Assembly (NCBI GenBank): GCA_020184695.1
Contig: JAANOX010000077.1
Location: forward strand, 1-53,796
Origin: Histomonas meleagridis 2922-C6/04-290x
Lineage: Eukaryota; Protista; Parabasalia
Reading direction: 5' to 3'
DNA: 53,796 nucleotides
A program made the translations under genes and the position numbers. Below the pieces are notes generated by a model. It searched no databases and was not told where the DNA came from. It saw only the letters and a list, made by a program, of their open reading frames with translations. Of this stretch, positions 41,856 to 52,718 are shown in pieces; positions within the stretch are counted from its first letter, which is position 1, and every line of letters starts with the position of its first letter.

Positions 41856-44800
41856 TTCAAAATAATATTTGGAAATTATTTTAATTATTTTGGACAACAC
41901 TTATTTGGGCATCTTTAAATGGTCATACAGAAATCGTTAAATTACTTCTTGAACAAGAAGGAATTGATATTAATGCTAAAGATAAATTTTATTTTAATAA
42001 TTTTATATTTCAAAATAATATTTGGAAATTATTTAAATTATTTTGGACAGCACTTATATTAGCATCTTATAATGGTCATACAGAAATTGTTGAATTACTT
42101 CTTGAACAAGAAGGAATTGATATTAATGCTAAAAATATTTATTTGTTTTATTTGAAATTTATTTTAATAATTTGATATTTCAAAATAATATTTGGAAATT
42201 ATTTAAATTATTTTATACAGCACTTATAGAAGCATCTTATTGGGGAAAAACTGAAATTGTCAAATTACTTCTTAAATACAAAGAAATTGATGTTAATGCC
42301 GAAGATATTTATTTGTTTTATTTAAATTTTATTTTAATAATTTTATATTTCAAATGAATATTTGGAAATTATTCAAATTATTTGAAACAGCACTTATGAA
42401 AGCATCTGATAAAGGTTACATAGAAATAGTTAAATTACTTCATGAACAAGAAGGAATTGATGTTAATGCTAAAAATATTTATTTGTTTTATTTAATATTT
42501 ATTATAATAATTTTGGATTTCAAAAGAATATTAAGAAATTATTTAAATCATTTAGAACAGCACTTATGTATGCATCTTCAAATGGTCATACAGAAATAGT
42601 TAAATTACTTCTTGAACAAGAAGGAATTGATATTAATGCTAAAGATATTTAAATGTTTTATTTGAAATTTATTTTAATAATTTGATATTTCAAAATAATA
42701 TTTGGAAATTATTTAAATTATTTTATACAGCACTCATCAAAGCAGCTGAATATGGTTATATAGAAATTGTTGAATTACTTCTTGAACAAAAAGGAATTGA
42801 TATTAATGCTAAAGATATTTAAATGTTTTATTTGAAATTTATTTTAATAATTTGATATTTCAAAATAATATTTGAAAATTATTCAATATATTTAAAACAT
42901 CACTTATAATTGCATCATATGAAGGTCATACAGAAATAGTTGGATTACTGCTTGAACAAAAAGGAATTGATATTAATTACAAAAATATTTATTTATGATA
43001 TTTGATATCTATTTCAATAATTCTTTATTTTAAAATAATATTTGGAAATTGCACAAATTTTTTCAAACAGCACTTATAATTGCATCATATGAAGGTCATA
43101 CAGAAATAGTTGAATTACTGCTTGAACAAAAAGGAATTGATATTAATGCTAAAACTGTTTATTTGTTTTATTTAGAATTTATGAGAATAATTTGATATTT
43201 CAAAATAATATTTGGAAATTATTTATATGATTTGATACAGCACTTATTTTAGCATCAAACAACGGTCACATAAATATAGTTAAGTTACTTCTTCAACAAA
43301 TTGGTATTGATGTTAACGTTATGAATATCAATTTATTGTGTTTCAAATTTTTTTATGATAATATTAAAAAATAATTTAAAATATTTTATACAGCACTTAT
43401 GGTTGCATCTGGGAATTGTCACACTGAAATAGTTAAATTACTTCTTGAACAAGAAGGAATTGATATTAATCCTAAAAATATTTATTTGTTTTATTTAAAA
43501 TTTTTTTTATTAATTTTATATTTCAAAATAATATTTGGAAATTATTTAAATTATTTTTTACAGCACTTATATTAGCATCTTATAATGGTCATACAGAAAT
43601 TGTTAAATTACTTCTTGAACAAGAAGGAATTGATATTAATGCTAAAGATATTTATTTGTTTTATTTGATATTTATTTTAATAATTTGATATTTCAAAATA
43701 ATATTTGGAAATTATTTAAAACAGCACTTATTAAAGCATCTTATAATGGTCATACAGAAATAGTTAAATTACTTCTTGAACAAGAAGGAATTGATATTAA
43801 TGCTAAAGATATTTATTTATTTTGTTTATATTTTATTTTAATAATTTTGGTATATTTCAAAATAATATTTGGAAATTATTTAAATTATTTAGTACAGCAC
43901 TTATGATTTCATCTGAAAAAGGTCATACAGAAATTGTTAAATTACTTCTTGAGCATGAAGGTATTAATGTAAATATCAAAGACATTAATTCATTTTGTTT
44001 AATATTTATTTAAATAATTTAATGTTTTGAAATAATATTTGGAAATTAAATAAAATATTTGAAACAGCACTTATGTATGCATCTTCAAATGGTCATACAG
44101 AAATAGTTAAATTACTTCTTGAACAAGAAGGAATTAATATTAACATAAAAAATATTAATTAATTTTGATCAAAGATTGTACCAAGAATTTACTGTTTGAA
44201 AATAAAATATGAGAAATATTTAAAATATTTAAAACAGCACTTATGTTTGCTGTTGAAAAAGGTTTTCTAGAAATAGTTAAATTACTTCTTGAACAAAGGG
44301 TAAACAATATTAATGGTAAAGATATGTGTTCATTTTGTTTAAACAAAATAATTATTTTAGAGATTTAATATATCAATATAATATTTGGAATATGTATAAA
44401 ATATTTGAAACAGCAATTATTTTGGCGGCTGTTAAAAATCATACTGAAATATTTAAGTTGCTTCTTAAACAAAAGGATATTGATGTTAATATCAAAGATA
44501 ATTTTTCGTTTTATTTTGGGTATGTTTTAATAATATGAAATTTATTAATAATATTTGGAATTTACTCAAAATATTAAATACTTCTAATATATATGCATCT
44601 ATTAATGGAAATACAAAAATATTTAAAATGCTTCTTGAAAAAGGAATTGATATTAATGCAAAAAATATTTCATCTTTAGATTCAATTTTTATTCCAATTT
44701 AATGATATTTAAAAGTATAATTTGGAAATTATTTAAACTGTTTCAAACAGCTCTTACTTGGGCATCTGAAGAAGGTCATACAGAATTTGTCAAATTACTT

Positions 44801-45464
44801 CTTATACAAAAAGGAATTGATATTAATGTTAAAGATGTTTTTTTGTTTAATATTTTATAATTGTATTTTAAAATTTGGTATTGATTTATCTTATTTTGGA
44901 CACCTTTAATGTATGCAGCATCAAATGGTTATAAAAATCTCGTGAAGTTACTACTTGAACAAGAAAAAATTGATATAAATGTTCAAAATAATTTTTCACT
45001 TTACACAATACTAGTTTCAATAATTTTGGATATTAAAATAATATTTGGAAATTACACAAACTGTTTGACACAGCACTAATGCTTGCATCTGAATATAATC
45101 ACATAGAAATCGTTAAATTACTTCTTGAACAAGAAGGAATTGATATTAATCCTAAAAATATTTATTTGTTTTATTTAAAATTTATTTTAAAAATTTAATA
45201 TTTCAAAATAATATTTGGAAATTATTTAAATTATTTAAAACAGCACTTATTAAAGCATCTTATAATGGTCATACAGAAATAGTTAAATTACTTCTTGAAC
45301 AAGAAGGAATTGATATTAATGTTAAAGACAATACTTGTTTTATTAAATGGACGTTTATAAGTAATGTTTGGAGGCTAATTAGACTGTTTAAAACAGCACT
45401 TGTTTTAGCAACTGAAAACGAAAATGATCTAATTGTAAATTTGATAACAAAAAAATGTAGTTAA
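41814..45464 (+). repeat. Array of 22 ankyrin coding blocks, each preceded by a conserved non-coding-like spacer (unit usually 170 nt)
   Basis: Blocks xTAL..AS..GHTEIVKLLLEQEGIDINAKD (31 codons; one has 30) start at 41891, 42044, 42214, 42384, 42554, 42724, 42894, 43064, 43234, 43387, 43557, 43718, 43891, 44061, 44231, 44407, 44577, 44744, 44897, 45067 and 45237. A capping block at 45390 ends in TAA at 45462-45464. Confidence 0.95.
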
Positions 45465-46090
45465 TCTGAATCAAGTTCAAAAAACGAAATTCATATGGTA
45501 TGATGATTTCTTTAGTATCTTATATTTACCATCACACCAAAATTGGGTTGTGTTTCCTATAAGAAAATGAATTTGATTCGAAAAAAAAATAGTAAAATAA
45601 TTATTAGTAAATTATTACAAGATACATTTTAAATTCAAGTCATAAATAGAATGTTGTGACTTGTGTCATTGTGTTTTATATTATCTAATTTTAAATATGA
45701 TTATTTTTCGGGTGAATATGTCATTAAATATATGTTTACAAAAATTTCGGAATTACCGAAACCTCAATTTTTTAAATCACATTTTTATATGCACCTTACA
45801 TCGTTCTTGTTGAAATGTTTCTGATAAAATTTTAACTAAAGTCAAAAATTTTATCTAAAGTCAATTGACTTGAGAAGTTTTAAATTTTTTCTTTTTCTTG
45901 TGAAACGCAGCTTATGAATTCTAAGGGGGTTCTGCTTTATTGACCACTCGATAATGAAGTATTGTATTGGATCTGATCAATGATTATTCAACCTAAATTA
46001 CATCTTCTGTAACTTCATAAGTAACGAAAACATAATATTAATATCAGTTCTCCAAAATTTCGTAAAACAATTAGAAGAATTTTTTTTATT

Positions 46091-49000
46091 TTACCTAATG
46101 TAATCTGCAGACAAATACCTATCCACAAAATGCTCATATCCTTCTTCCGACAAGTAGAGCAAGTGCATGTTGTTCAACCCCACGTCCGGATTGCCCAAGA
46201 AGTCCAAGTAGAACGGCTCCTGCGTGTAGAACATTCCGCGGCCTCTGTTTTCGAACACGAAAGACGGCTCAGTATGCTTAATGTTCAATGCCATCAAAGG
46301 CACAGGATCATAGTCGTTTTCTTCCAAAGCCTTTAGTCGCTCGTTTTCTTTAATTATTTTTCCATTATGCAAACAGATGTAATATTGTGTTTGCGAATTT
46401 TTAATTTCATTCAATGCATTATATGGCTCTTTACCCAACATAAAGAAATTCTTTGGTAAGTTAATAAGTTTATAAGGTTCAAATGTATATTCTTCACCAT
46501 TAAATTCAAATTCATATTCATGACATAAATTCTCATTTGATAAAATCTCATCCCAATCAATATATGAGTTATGTTCTGATGAATTATACAATAGAAAGTG
46601 TTCTGCTAACTTAACACGCTTTAAAAACAGCGTCAATTCTTTTCCATTTAATTCACCCGCGCACTTTTTCGTAATGTTCTTGATTTCATCTTTCGGATTT
46701 TCTGCAGTAATTAAATCACAAATAAAATGTCTAAAATTGGTCCATTTCGTATATTCATCATATAATACATCACCCATTTTAACTAATTGTCGAATACATA
46801 AGTAAAGATTTCTTGCCATGATTGAATATTTATCATTATCTAAACATGCAGGATTAGATCTTAATCGAACTTCATAAGTAACAATTAAAGAAGTCAAAGA
46901 ATTAGCTAATATATTAACATTATCATCTTCATCTAAATCCATAATACGTTTAAATTTCCTTAACGTCTCCTTAACGGTCTCTGTTTCGAAATCTTTTATA
47001 TTATCAAGTTTCGGTATGAAAGAATTCTTAAGCATTCGATCGATAGGGCAATTAATTGGTAAACAATCATCATGTGATAAATGTTTACATATTGAAAATC
47101 CATAAACGGCATCCCATTCTTTATCGCCATCGAATTCTAAAGGTAAATGAGTTTTAATTATGAATGAAGGATAACATAAAACTTCATTTTCTTGATTGAT
47201 ACTACATACGCAACATGTATCTTTTTGTTGATTAATGTTTAAGTCTTCGTTATTATTATCATTTTCTTCTTGATCTTTTTGATTAAAGTGTTGTTGTAAT
47301 TGTGCAAACTTATTAAGGATATTTTCACGAAGCTTTTGTGCTTTTTCATGATTTATATTATTTTCTTCTTGAACTTCTTCATCATTTGTTTCTGTATCAA
47401 CAAAAGACATTTTGTTTAATGCGATTTTTCCGATTTTTCCTAATTTATGTATTAAATCTATTAATGAATAAGGTTCATTATCTTTATAGATGAATTTTTG
47501 TTTCATAATTGACTCGAAATTATTTGGTATATTATTAATGAATTCTTCAATAGTATTAACTTTTATTGGTTCATCTTTAATGTTTATTTCATTATTTGAT
47601 TTTTCTTTATTTTCGAATGCTAAAATTAATAAATTCAAAATTAATTGATTCGTTTCATTTGATTTATTCTCTAATAATATTAAATAAATAATTGTTATTA
47701 ACGTGGGAGTAAATAAATATGAAACTAAATCTAATCCTTTAATTTCGGGGTTTAATGGTTTAAATGGTATTAATTGATCAGGATTTTGTGATATATACTT
47801 CGAATAAACTGTTAATACTTTATTAATTCGATGTACTGGTGCAAGTGGGTCCCATAAATCAATAGATTTTAATCGATATAAATTACCTTTCGATGTATGA
47901 ATAGTAGATGTAACATTATCGATATAATATTTAAAGCCAACTTCTGTTAATTTTTCGCCAAAGTTTAATAAGTCTTGAATTTCGTTGAATGGTCGAGGCT
48001 TAAACAAAAGCTTCTTAACTAATCGTTGTGATTTAATAGCCTTATCATCTTTAAGCATTAATATTCGATCAGTAATTAACGTCGAAATTAAATATATAAA
48101 ATCAAATTGTATTAATTGTTTCTTTTCAATTTTTTCATCAAATAAACCAATAGTATGAGCAATACAATTAATGAATTGTTCTTTCTTAGTGATATAACCT
48201 GCGCAATATTGTAACAAAACAAATAAACGAAAATGTAAATCACCATGTTCTGTAAAGATTTCCAAGAAATTAATATAACCAAAACATTTATTAATGATTG
48301 AATGATTATAAAAATAAATAGAAATTAAATTCCTTTGTAAATTTATTGAGACATATTGTAAGAATTTGTCTAAATCTTTTATTGTAGTTTGAAGTATTTC
48401 TTTGATTTTATCGCCTTCATGATCTAATACTGAAACTAAGAAGAATATTGACTCAAAGTTCGTTGATATTATCGCATTATCAAATAATGAACACTTTAAA
48501 AGTTGTTCATTATTTTCATTTCCATATAATTCAGTATAATAATTATCAAATTTCTCAAGTAAATATTTTGAATCAATTTCTTCTAAATGTTCCATTTCTT
48601 GTAATGTAATACCAATATAAATATTATATAATATATTAGGAAAATGTGGTATTTGAGTAATTTCATTAATATTTGTTATACCTCTTTCATCAGGTTTAAG
48701 TAAAATTGATGTAATTTTGTTTAATAGTAATATCATATTCTTATGTTCATTTGGTATACGAATAACAGCATTTATAATTTGATGGAGAAAAGCAAAATCA
48801 AATTGTGGAAATAAAATATTTTTGTTTTCATTCCCAACCATTCTTAGGCTATATTCTCGAGTTAATTCTAATACTTTAATATATAATGAAATCCAATCAA
48901 AATTTTGATTATTTATGTTAAGTTGAAGTGGTTTCATAGAATAAGAATGAAACAGAAAGCTCGAAAGTGGTCGAAGATTTGTTAAATTCCGTTCATTCTC

Positions 49001-49756
49001 AGGTGATTCATACCAATATTTCATATATGTAATAAGACATCGGAAATTGGCATTCGCAAAATACTCTGAAAAGACGTTGTCGATCAAAAGACATCCAAAA
49101 AGTTCAACGATCTTTTTGTTGATTGCTAATTTATTGTCAAGCGCATTATTTAAAATATTATAAAATGAATCATTTTTTGTAAAGCCTAAGACAACACATC
49201 GACGGCAGCCATCACCAAGATTAACAAATTTTAAGAACCAGTCAATTAACTTGATTAAATGTGACGGTTTATCTTTGGCAATTTCATGTACGTATTTGGA
49301 TGCACATGTAAAAATAGAAATAAGAATATTCATAATGTCTTTTTCAAGATATTTTTCTTCTGGATGTTCACAAACATTTTGATGATGACAACAAAAACCT
49401 GATTGTTTCCAAAGTGATAGATCACCACAGTCACAGCTTCCAATTACATTAGGCTTGAAAATTATTGCATGACCTTCATGGTTTCCATTAAGATAACATT
49501 CAAAACATATACAACTTTGTTCTTGTTCTTCACATGTATGACAATGAATAGCAAGTTCTGGAGCTGCCCATGATTTCTGACATGTGGAAAGATGTTCGTT
49601 CTTTTTAACATATTCTATAAATTCATCAAATGTTGTAAATTCTTTAAGATGACAAAGGACTGCCTCACAGAAACCAATGGCAGCAAGGGTATGAGTTTTA
49701 AAAAGATCTGAGAGTGATGCCTCGTCGAAGTAGGAAGTCATTACTAAATATGCCAT
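46091..49756 (-). CDS. UBR-box N-recognin E3 ubiquitin ligase (UBR1/2/3 family)
   Basis: UBR zinc finger C..C......CICFEC...GNHEGH.......CDCGD, a degenerate RING (CCVC...CKHLSHDDC...CPIDR) and a C-terminal YLDFLGNPDVGL motif. Confidence 0.9.
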   Translation of the reverse strand: MAYLVMTSYFDEASLSDLFKTHTLAAIGFCEAVLCHLKEFTTFDEFIEYVKKNEHLSTCQKSWAAPELAIHCHTCEEQEQSCICFECYLNGNHEGHAIIFKPNVIGSCDCGDLSLWKQSGFCCHHQNVCEHPEEKYLEKDIMNILISIFTCASKYVHEIAKDKPSHLIKLIDWFLKFVNLGDGCRRCVVLGFTKNDSFYNILNNALDNKLAINKKIVELFGCLLIDNVFSEYFANANFRCLITYMKYWYESPENERNLTNLRPLSSFLFHSYSMKPLQLNINNQNFDWISLYIKVLELTREYSLRMVGNENKNILFPQFDFAFLHQIINAVIRIPNEHKNMILLLNKITSILLKPDERGITNINEITQIPHFPNILYNIYIGITLQEMEHLEEIDSKYLLEKFDNYYTELYGNENNEQLLKCSLFDNAIISTNFESIFFLVSVLDHEGDKIKEILQTTIKDLDKFLQYVSINLQRNLISIYFYNHSIINKCFGYINFLEIFTEHGDLHFRLFVLLQYCAGYITKKEQFINCIAHTIGLFDEKIEKKQLIQFDFIYLISTLITDRILMLKDDKAIKSQRLVKKLLFKPRPFNEIQDLLNFGEKLTEVGFKYYIDNVTSTIHTSKGNLYRLKSIDLWDPLAPVHRINKVLTVYSKYISQNPDQLIPFKPLNPEIKGLDLVSYLFTPTLITIIYLILLENKSNETNQLILNLLILAFENKEKSNNEINIKDEPIKVNTIEEFINNIPNNFESIMKQKFIYKDNEPYSLIDLIHKLGKIGKIALNKMSFVDTETNDEEVQEENNINHEKAQKLRENILNKFAQLQQHFNQKDQEENDNNNEDLNINQQKDTCCVCSINQENEVLCYPSFIIKTHLPLEFDGDKEWDAVYGFSICKHLSHDDCLPINCPIDRMLKNSFIPKLDNIKDFETETVKETLRKFKRIMDLDEDDNVNILANSLTSLIVTYEVRLRSNPACLDNDKYSIMARNLYLCIRQLVKMGDVLYDEYTKWTNFRHFICDLITAENPKDEIKNITKKCAGELNGKELTLFLKRVKLAEHFLLYNSSEHNSYIDWDEILSNENLCHEYEFEFNGEEYTFEPYKLINLPKNFFMLGKEPYNALNEIKNSQTQYYICLHNGKIIKENERLKALEENDYDPVPLMALNIKHTEPSFVFENRGRGMFYTQEPFYLDFLGNPDVGLNNMHLLYLSEEGYEHFVDRYLSADYIR

Positions 49757-49881
49757 TCAAATTTTCATAAAGTCTGTTGAAATGCCACAAGTGACAAAAA
49801 ATGGAGAAAAGTGACATTCAAAACTTGTAACTTTATGACCGTTAATATCCTATCGTTTTTGTCTTCGAAAATGCCAACAAC

Positions 49882-50964
49882 ATGACTTTTGATGATTTCG
49901 CAATAGGAAGAAATGATTCCGATTATCCACCTGTAGGCAACTATGATATCCCTAGTACGATTGGTTCTGGACCGAAGTTTACAATGCGTTCTCGACATAA
50001 ACAATTTGAAATTGATTATGATCCTTCTTATAACTTACTTCCATCAACACTCAGTAAAAAAGGCTCAACAATTGGTCGCAAGTATTATACAAAAAAAGAA
50101 AGCGACAATTTCCCAGGACCATCTTATGTATCAACTACAATTGGCAAAGGTCCTAAAACTTCAATTCACAACCGACATCCTACAACTTCTGATGTTACGC
50201 CTGGTCCCGGAAGTTATACTCTTCCTACAAGTACTTTCAATGGTCCCAAATATTCCATTGGCGTTGGTAAACGATTTGATTACTTTGTAGATAGTGCAAC
50301 TGTTGCACCAGGAACATATTATCCTAAGCCGCCAATGGAACAACGTCGTCCAATGACAATCTCATCTAAAACACCAGAACCTTTTCGACGTAAGCAACAT
50401 CCAGGTCCTATGTATAACATCAGGGAAAAAATAGGGTCTAGTACACCAAAGTTTTCTTTTCCCAAAGGATCTAGAGATCAACCAATTGAAATCACGCCAG
50501 GTCCATTAGATTACCAAGGCACTCCAAAGTCCACTAAAATAGGTCCGAGTCTCAAAGGAAGGACAAAAGTACGTTCATTCGATGTTAACCCAATGCCTTA
50601 TTATGATGTTGGTACAACGATTAAACCACGAAAAATGTCAATGCACTCTCGGCCGCCAACGAGTTATGAAACAGTATCACCTGGTCCAGGGATGTATGAT
50701 ATTCCATCGTCGATTGTACCAAAGAAGAAAACCATTGGCGTTCGCTCTAAAACAAAGAATCCGCACGACGAAATACCTTCTCCTGATAGCTATGGATGCG
50801 TTGACATAAAGCCTAAGAGCTCTTCGATCACCGGATTCCTTGGATCTGGTGATAGATTTGTAGTGAACTTAAAAGAAGAGGCTAAAAAGCCGGGACCTGG
50901 TTACTACGATCCGAAAAATAATGAAATTTCGGCTTCAAAGAAAGGACATAAAATATCGAAATAA
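49882..50964 (+). CDS. SHIPPO/STPG (PGPGxY) repeat microtubule-associated protein
   Basis: Repeated FPGPSY, TPGPGSY, HPGPMY, SPGPGMY and KPGPGYY motifs. Confidence 0.85.
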   Translation: MTFDDFAIGRNDSDYPPVGNYDIPSTIGSGPKFTMRSRHKQFEIDYDPSYNLLPSTLSKKGSTIGRKYYTKKESDNFPGPSYVSTTIGKGPKTSIHNRHPTTSDVTPGPGSYTLPTSTFNGPKYSIGVGKRFDYFVDSATVAPGTYYPKPPMEQRRPMTISSKTPEPFRRKQHPGPMYNIREKIGSSTPKFSFPKGSRDQPIEITPGPLDYQGTPKSTKIGPSLKGRTKVRSFDVNPMPYYDVGTTIKPRKMSMHSRPPTSYETVSPGPGMYDIPSSIVPKKKTIGVRSKTKNPHDEIPSPDSYGCVDIKPKSSSITGFLGSGDRFVVNLKEEAKKPGPGYYDPKNNEISASKKGHKISK

Positions 50965-51384
50965 ATGTTTTATTTGAAATGTCTCTTTTTAATTTGCAAA
51001 TTCATTTGGAAGACTCTTCTATACTTATATATTAATTTTATAAAATACCAACTAATCCTTCATCAAACAGAACTGAACTCTATATAGGCTTTGAATTCAA
51101 TGAATCATTTGATACCAAAATAAATTCATTTGTTGAGTTAATGCAATTCAAAATGCAAAACCAAAATTGTTAACACTTTACCAATTATAATCTTTACATT
51201 GAACATTCCAAGCATAATATATATATATATATAAATTAGATAATTTACATTTTAACAAAAGAGATGACATCAATTCACCGAAATTGGTATTTCAGTTATC
51301 TTATCTTGTAAATTAAAAAAAATTATAGAAATGTAACAAAAAAAATTGCATTAATTAAAAAATATTTACAACAAACATATGGAA

Positions 51385-52107
51385 TTAATCCAGATTTTCC
51401 GATTCGAGTAATTTCAATTTTGCTTCGAGTTCTTTTATTGAAGGATCGCCGCTTTCTTCAGATAAGCAATCAACATAATTTGACATTTCTTTTGCACATC
51501 TTCCAATTTCTTTCATACACCTAAGATATGCTGCAGAATATGATTCAAATGCAGAAACAATAATTTGTATAAAAGTTTTTTGATATTCTTTTTCTTCTTT
51601 TTCACTTTCTTGCTTAAGTGATTCAAGTTCTTCATAAATACTGTTTTTCTTTGCACAGCATTCTTCGTATGTTTGATGCTTTTTACTTCTAAAAAGAGAA
51701 CTGACAGAAAATGACGTAATTGATTTTTCAGGTTCGTTAAATGATTTCACTCTTTTGTCATATTTATCATAACGTGCTTGAAGCTGTTGTATTTCTTTGC
51801 GTTTTTTGACAATTCCTTCATGAAATATATTAATTTGTTTGATATTGCTCGAAAAAGATGACGTATCTTCAAAAAGGGTTCGGAGAGCTGTAACTTCTGC
51901 TATGGCCATATTTTGTAGAGTGAACAATCCTTCTTTGAGCTTTTGATCTTGCATTTTTGCAAAATCATTAAATGCGGGACCAATTGCAACTTGTAATCCG
52001 CTTAGAATTTTTCCATCATTTTTTTGAAGGTCTTCAATGGAAGATATTAATGCATTATATTCTGGAAAAGATTGGAAAGAATTAAGAAGTTTCCCAACAA
52101 AATCCAT
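51385..52107 (-). CDS. 240-aa coiled-coil protein, possibly BAR-like
   Basis: Three long helices; family unconfirmed. Confidence 0.6.
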   Translation of the reverse strand: MDFVGKLLNSFQSFPEYNALISSIEDLQKNDGKILSGLQVAIGPAFNDFAKMQDQKLKEGLFTLQNMAIAEVTALRTLFEDTSSFSSNIKQINIFHEGIVKKRKEIQQLQARYDKYDKRVKSFNEPEKSITSFSVSSLFRSKKHQTYEECCAKKNSIYEELESLKQESEKEEKEYQKTFIQIIVSAFESYSAAYLRCMKEIGRCAKEMSNYVDCLSEESGDPSIKELEAKLKLLESENLD

Positions 52108-52172
52108 TTTATGTAAATTTTAGAAAATTTTAACAAAAAGTGACGCTTAATTCAATTTAGACAAGAAAAAAG

Positions 52173-52631
52173 ATGTTAAAAGGTGATGGAAGTGAACTCC
52201 ATGATGCTTTAACTGGGCTATTTAATAGAGCAAAAGTTTCTCCATCTGAAGAACAAACAATTTTAAAAGGTCTTGAATCTTTAAAAAAAGCACTTTCAAA
52301 TCCATTATTAATTTCATCATTTTGTTCATTGAAATCCCCAAGTATTCCACCAGATCCAAATTCTTTACCAAAAGTTAATAAAATTGTATTAGATCATAAT
52401 GATGAAGTTGAAGCTGCAAATTTTGCAAAGGAATTATCTCGTGGATCAAATGTACAAATCAGACATCGGGATATTGTTGAGTTTTCAAAGATAGTTGGAC
52501 CTAAATATGGTATTTATCCAACCAGAGATGAAAAACGGAACAAACAAGGAATCTTTCTCTGGGTCAAAAGGCATTTTAATGTTATTCAGAGTGATCTTGA
52601 AGAATTTCTCTCATCAAAACATCAGAACTAA
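52173..52631 (+). CDS. 152-aa hypothetical protein
   Basis: Intact ORF with AAAGTGAC 28 nt upstream. Confidence 0.75.
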   Translation: MLKGDGSELHDALTGLFNRAKVSPSEEQTILKGLESLKKALSNPLLISSFCSLKSPSIPPDPNSLPKVNKIVLDHNDEVEAANFAKELSRGSNVQIRHRDIVEFSKIVGPKYGIYPTRDEKRNKQGIFLWVKRHFNVIQSDLEEFLSSKHQN

Positions 52632-52718
52632 ATTTTGTTGTATGTTTTCAATAAAAAATAATTGTAAACCACTGGAATTGATGTTATAAACGGTCGTTAA
52701 TGAGTTGGTGTTTTTACT

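Noticed and set aside
42172-44538. Small listed ORFs in the ankyrin array as independent genes
   Set aside because: They begin at TTG/ATG inside spacers and each covers a single repeat. They are by-products of the interrupted structure.
41814-45389. Canonical GT-AG introns in the ankyrin array
   Set aside because: The common GT (TTGTTT) and the AG in ACA-GCA give an out-of-frame join. A phase-compatible join at G|ATATTT...ACAG would need an AT-AG intron and would delete DxxGxT. Four blocks lack that AG while keeping the Thr codon, and no trichomonad branch motif is present.
41814-45464. CRISPR array
   Set aside because: The genome is eukaryotic, the units are ~170 nt, the variable parts are ankyrin coding blocks, and there are no cas genes.
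21594-45464. Stop-codon reassignment (TAA/TAG=Gln or TGA=Trp) explaining the in-frame stops
   Set aside because: Conserved genes (H3, Ub-L40, Rab1, RabGGTA) end at TAA and tRNA/ORF usage looks standard. The stops coexist with frameshifts, so reassignment would not restore the frames.
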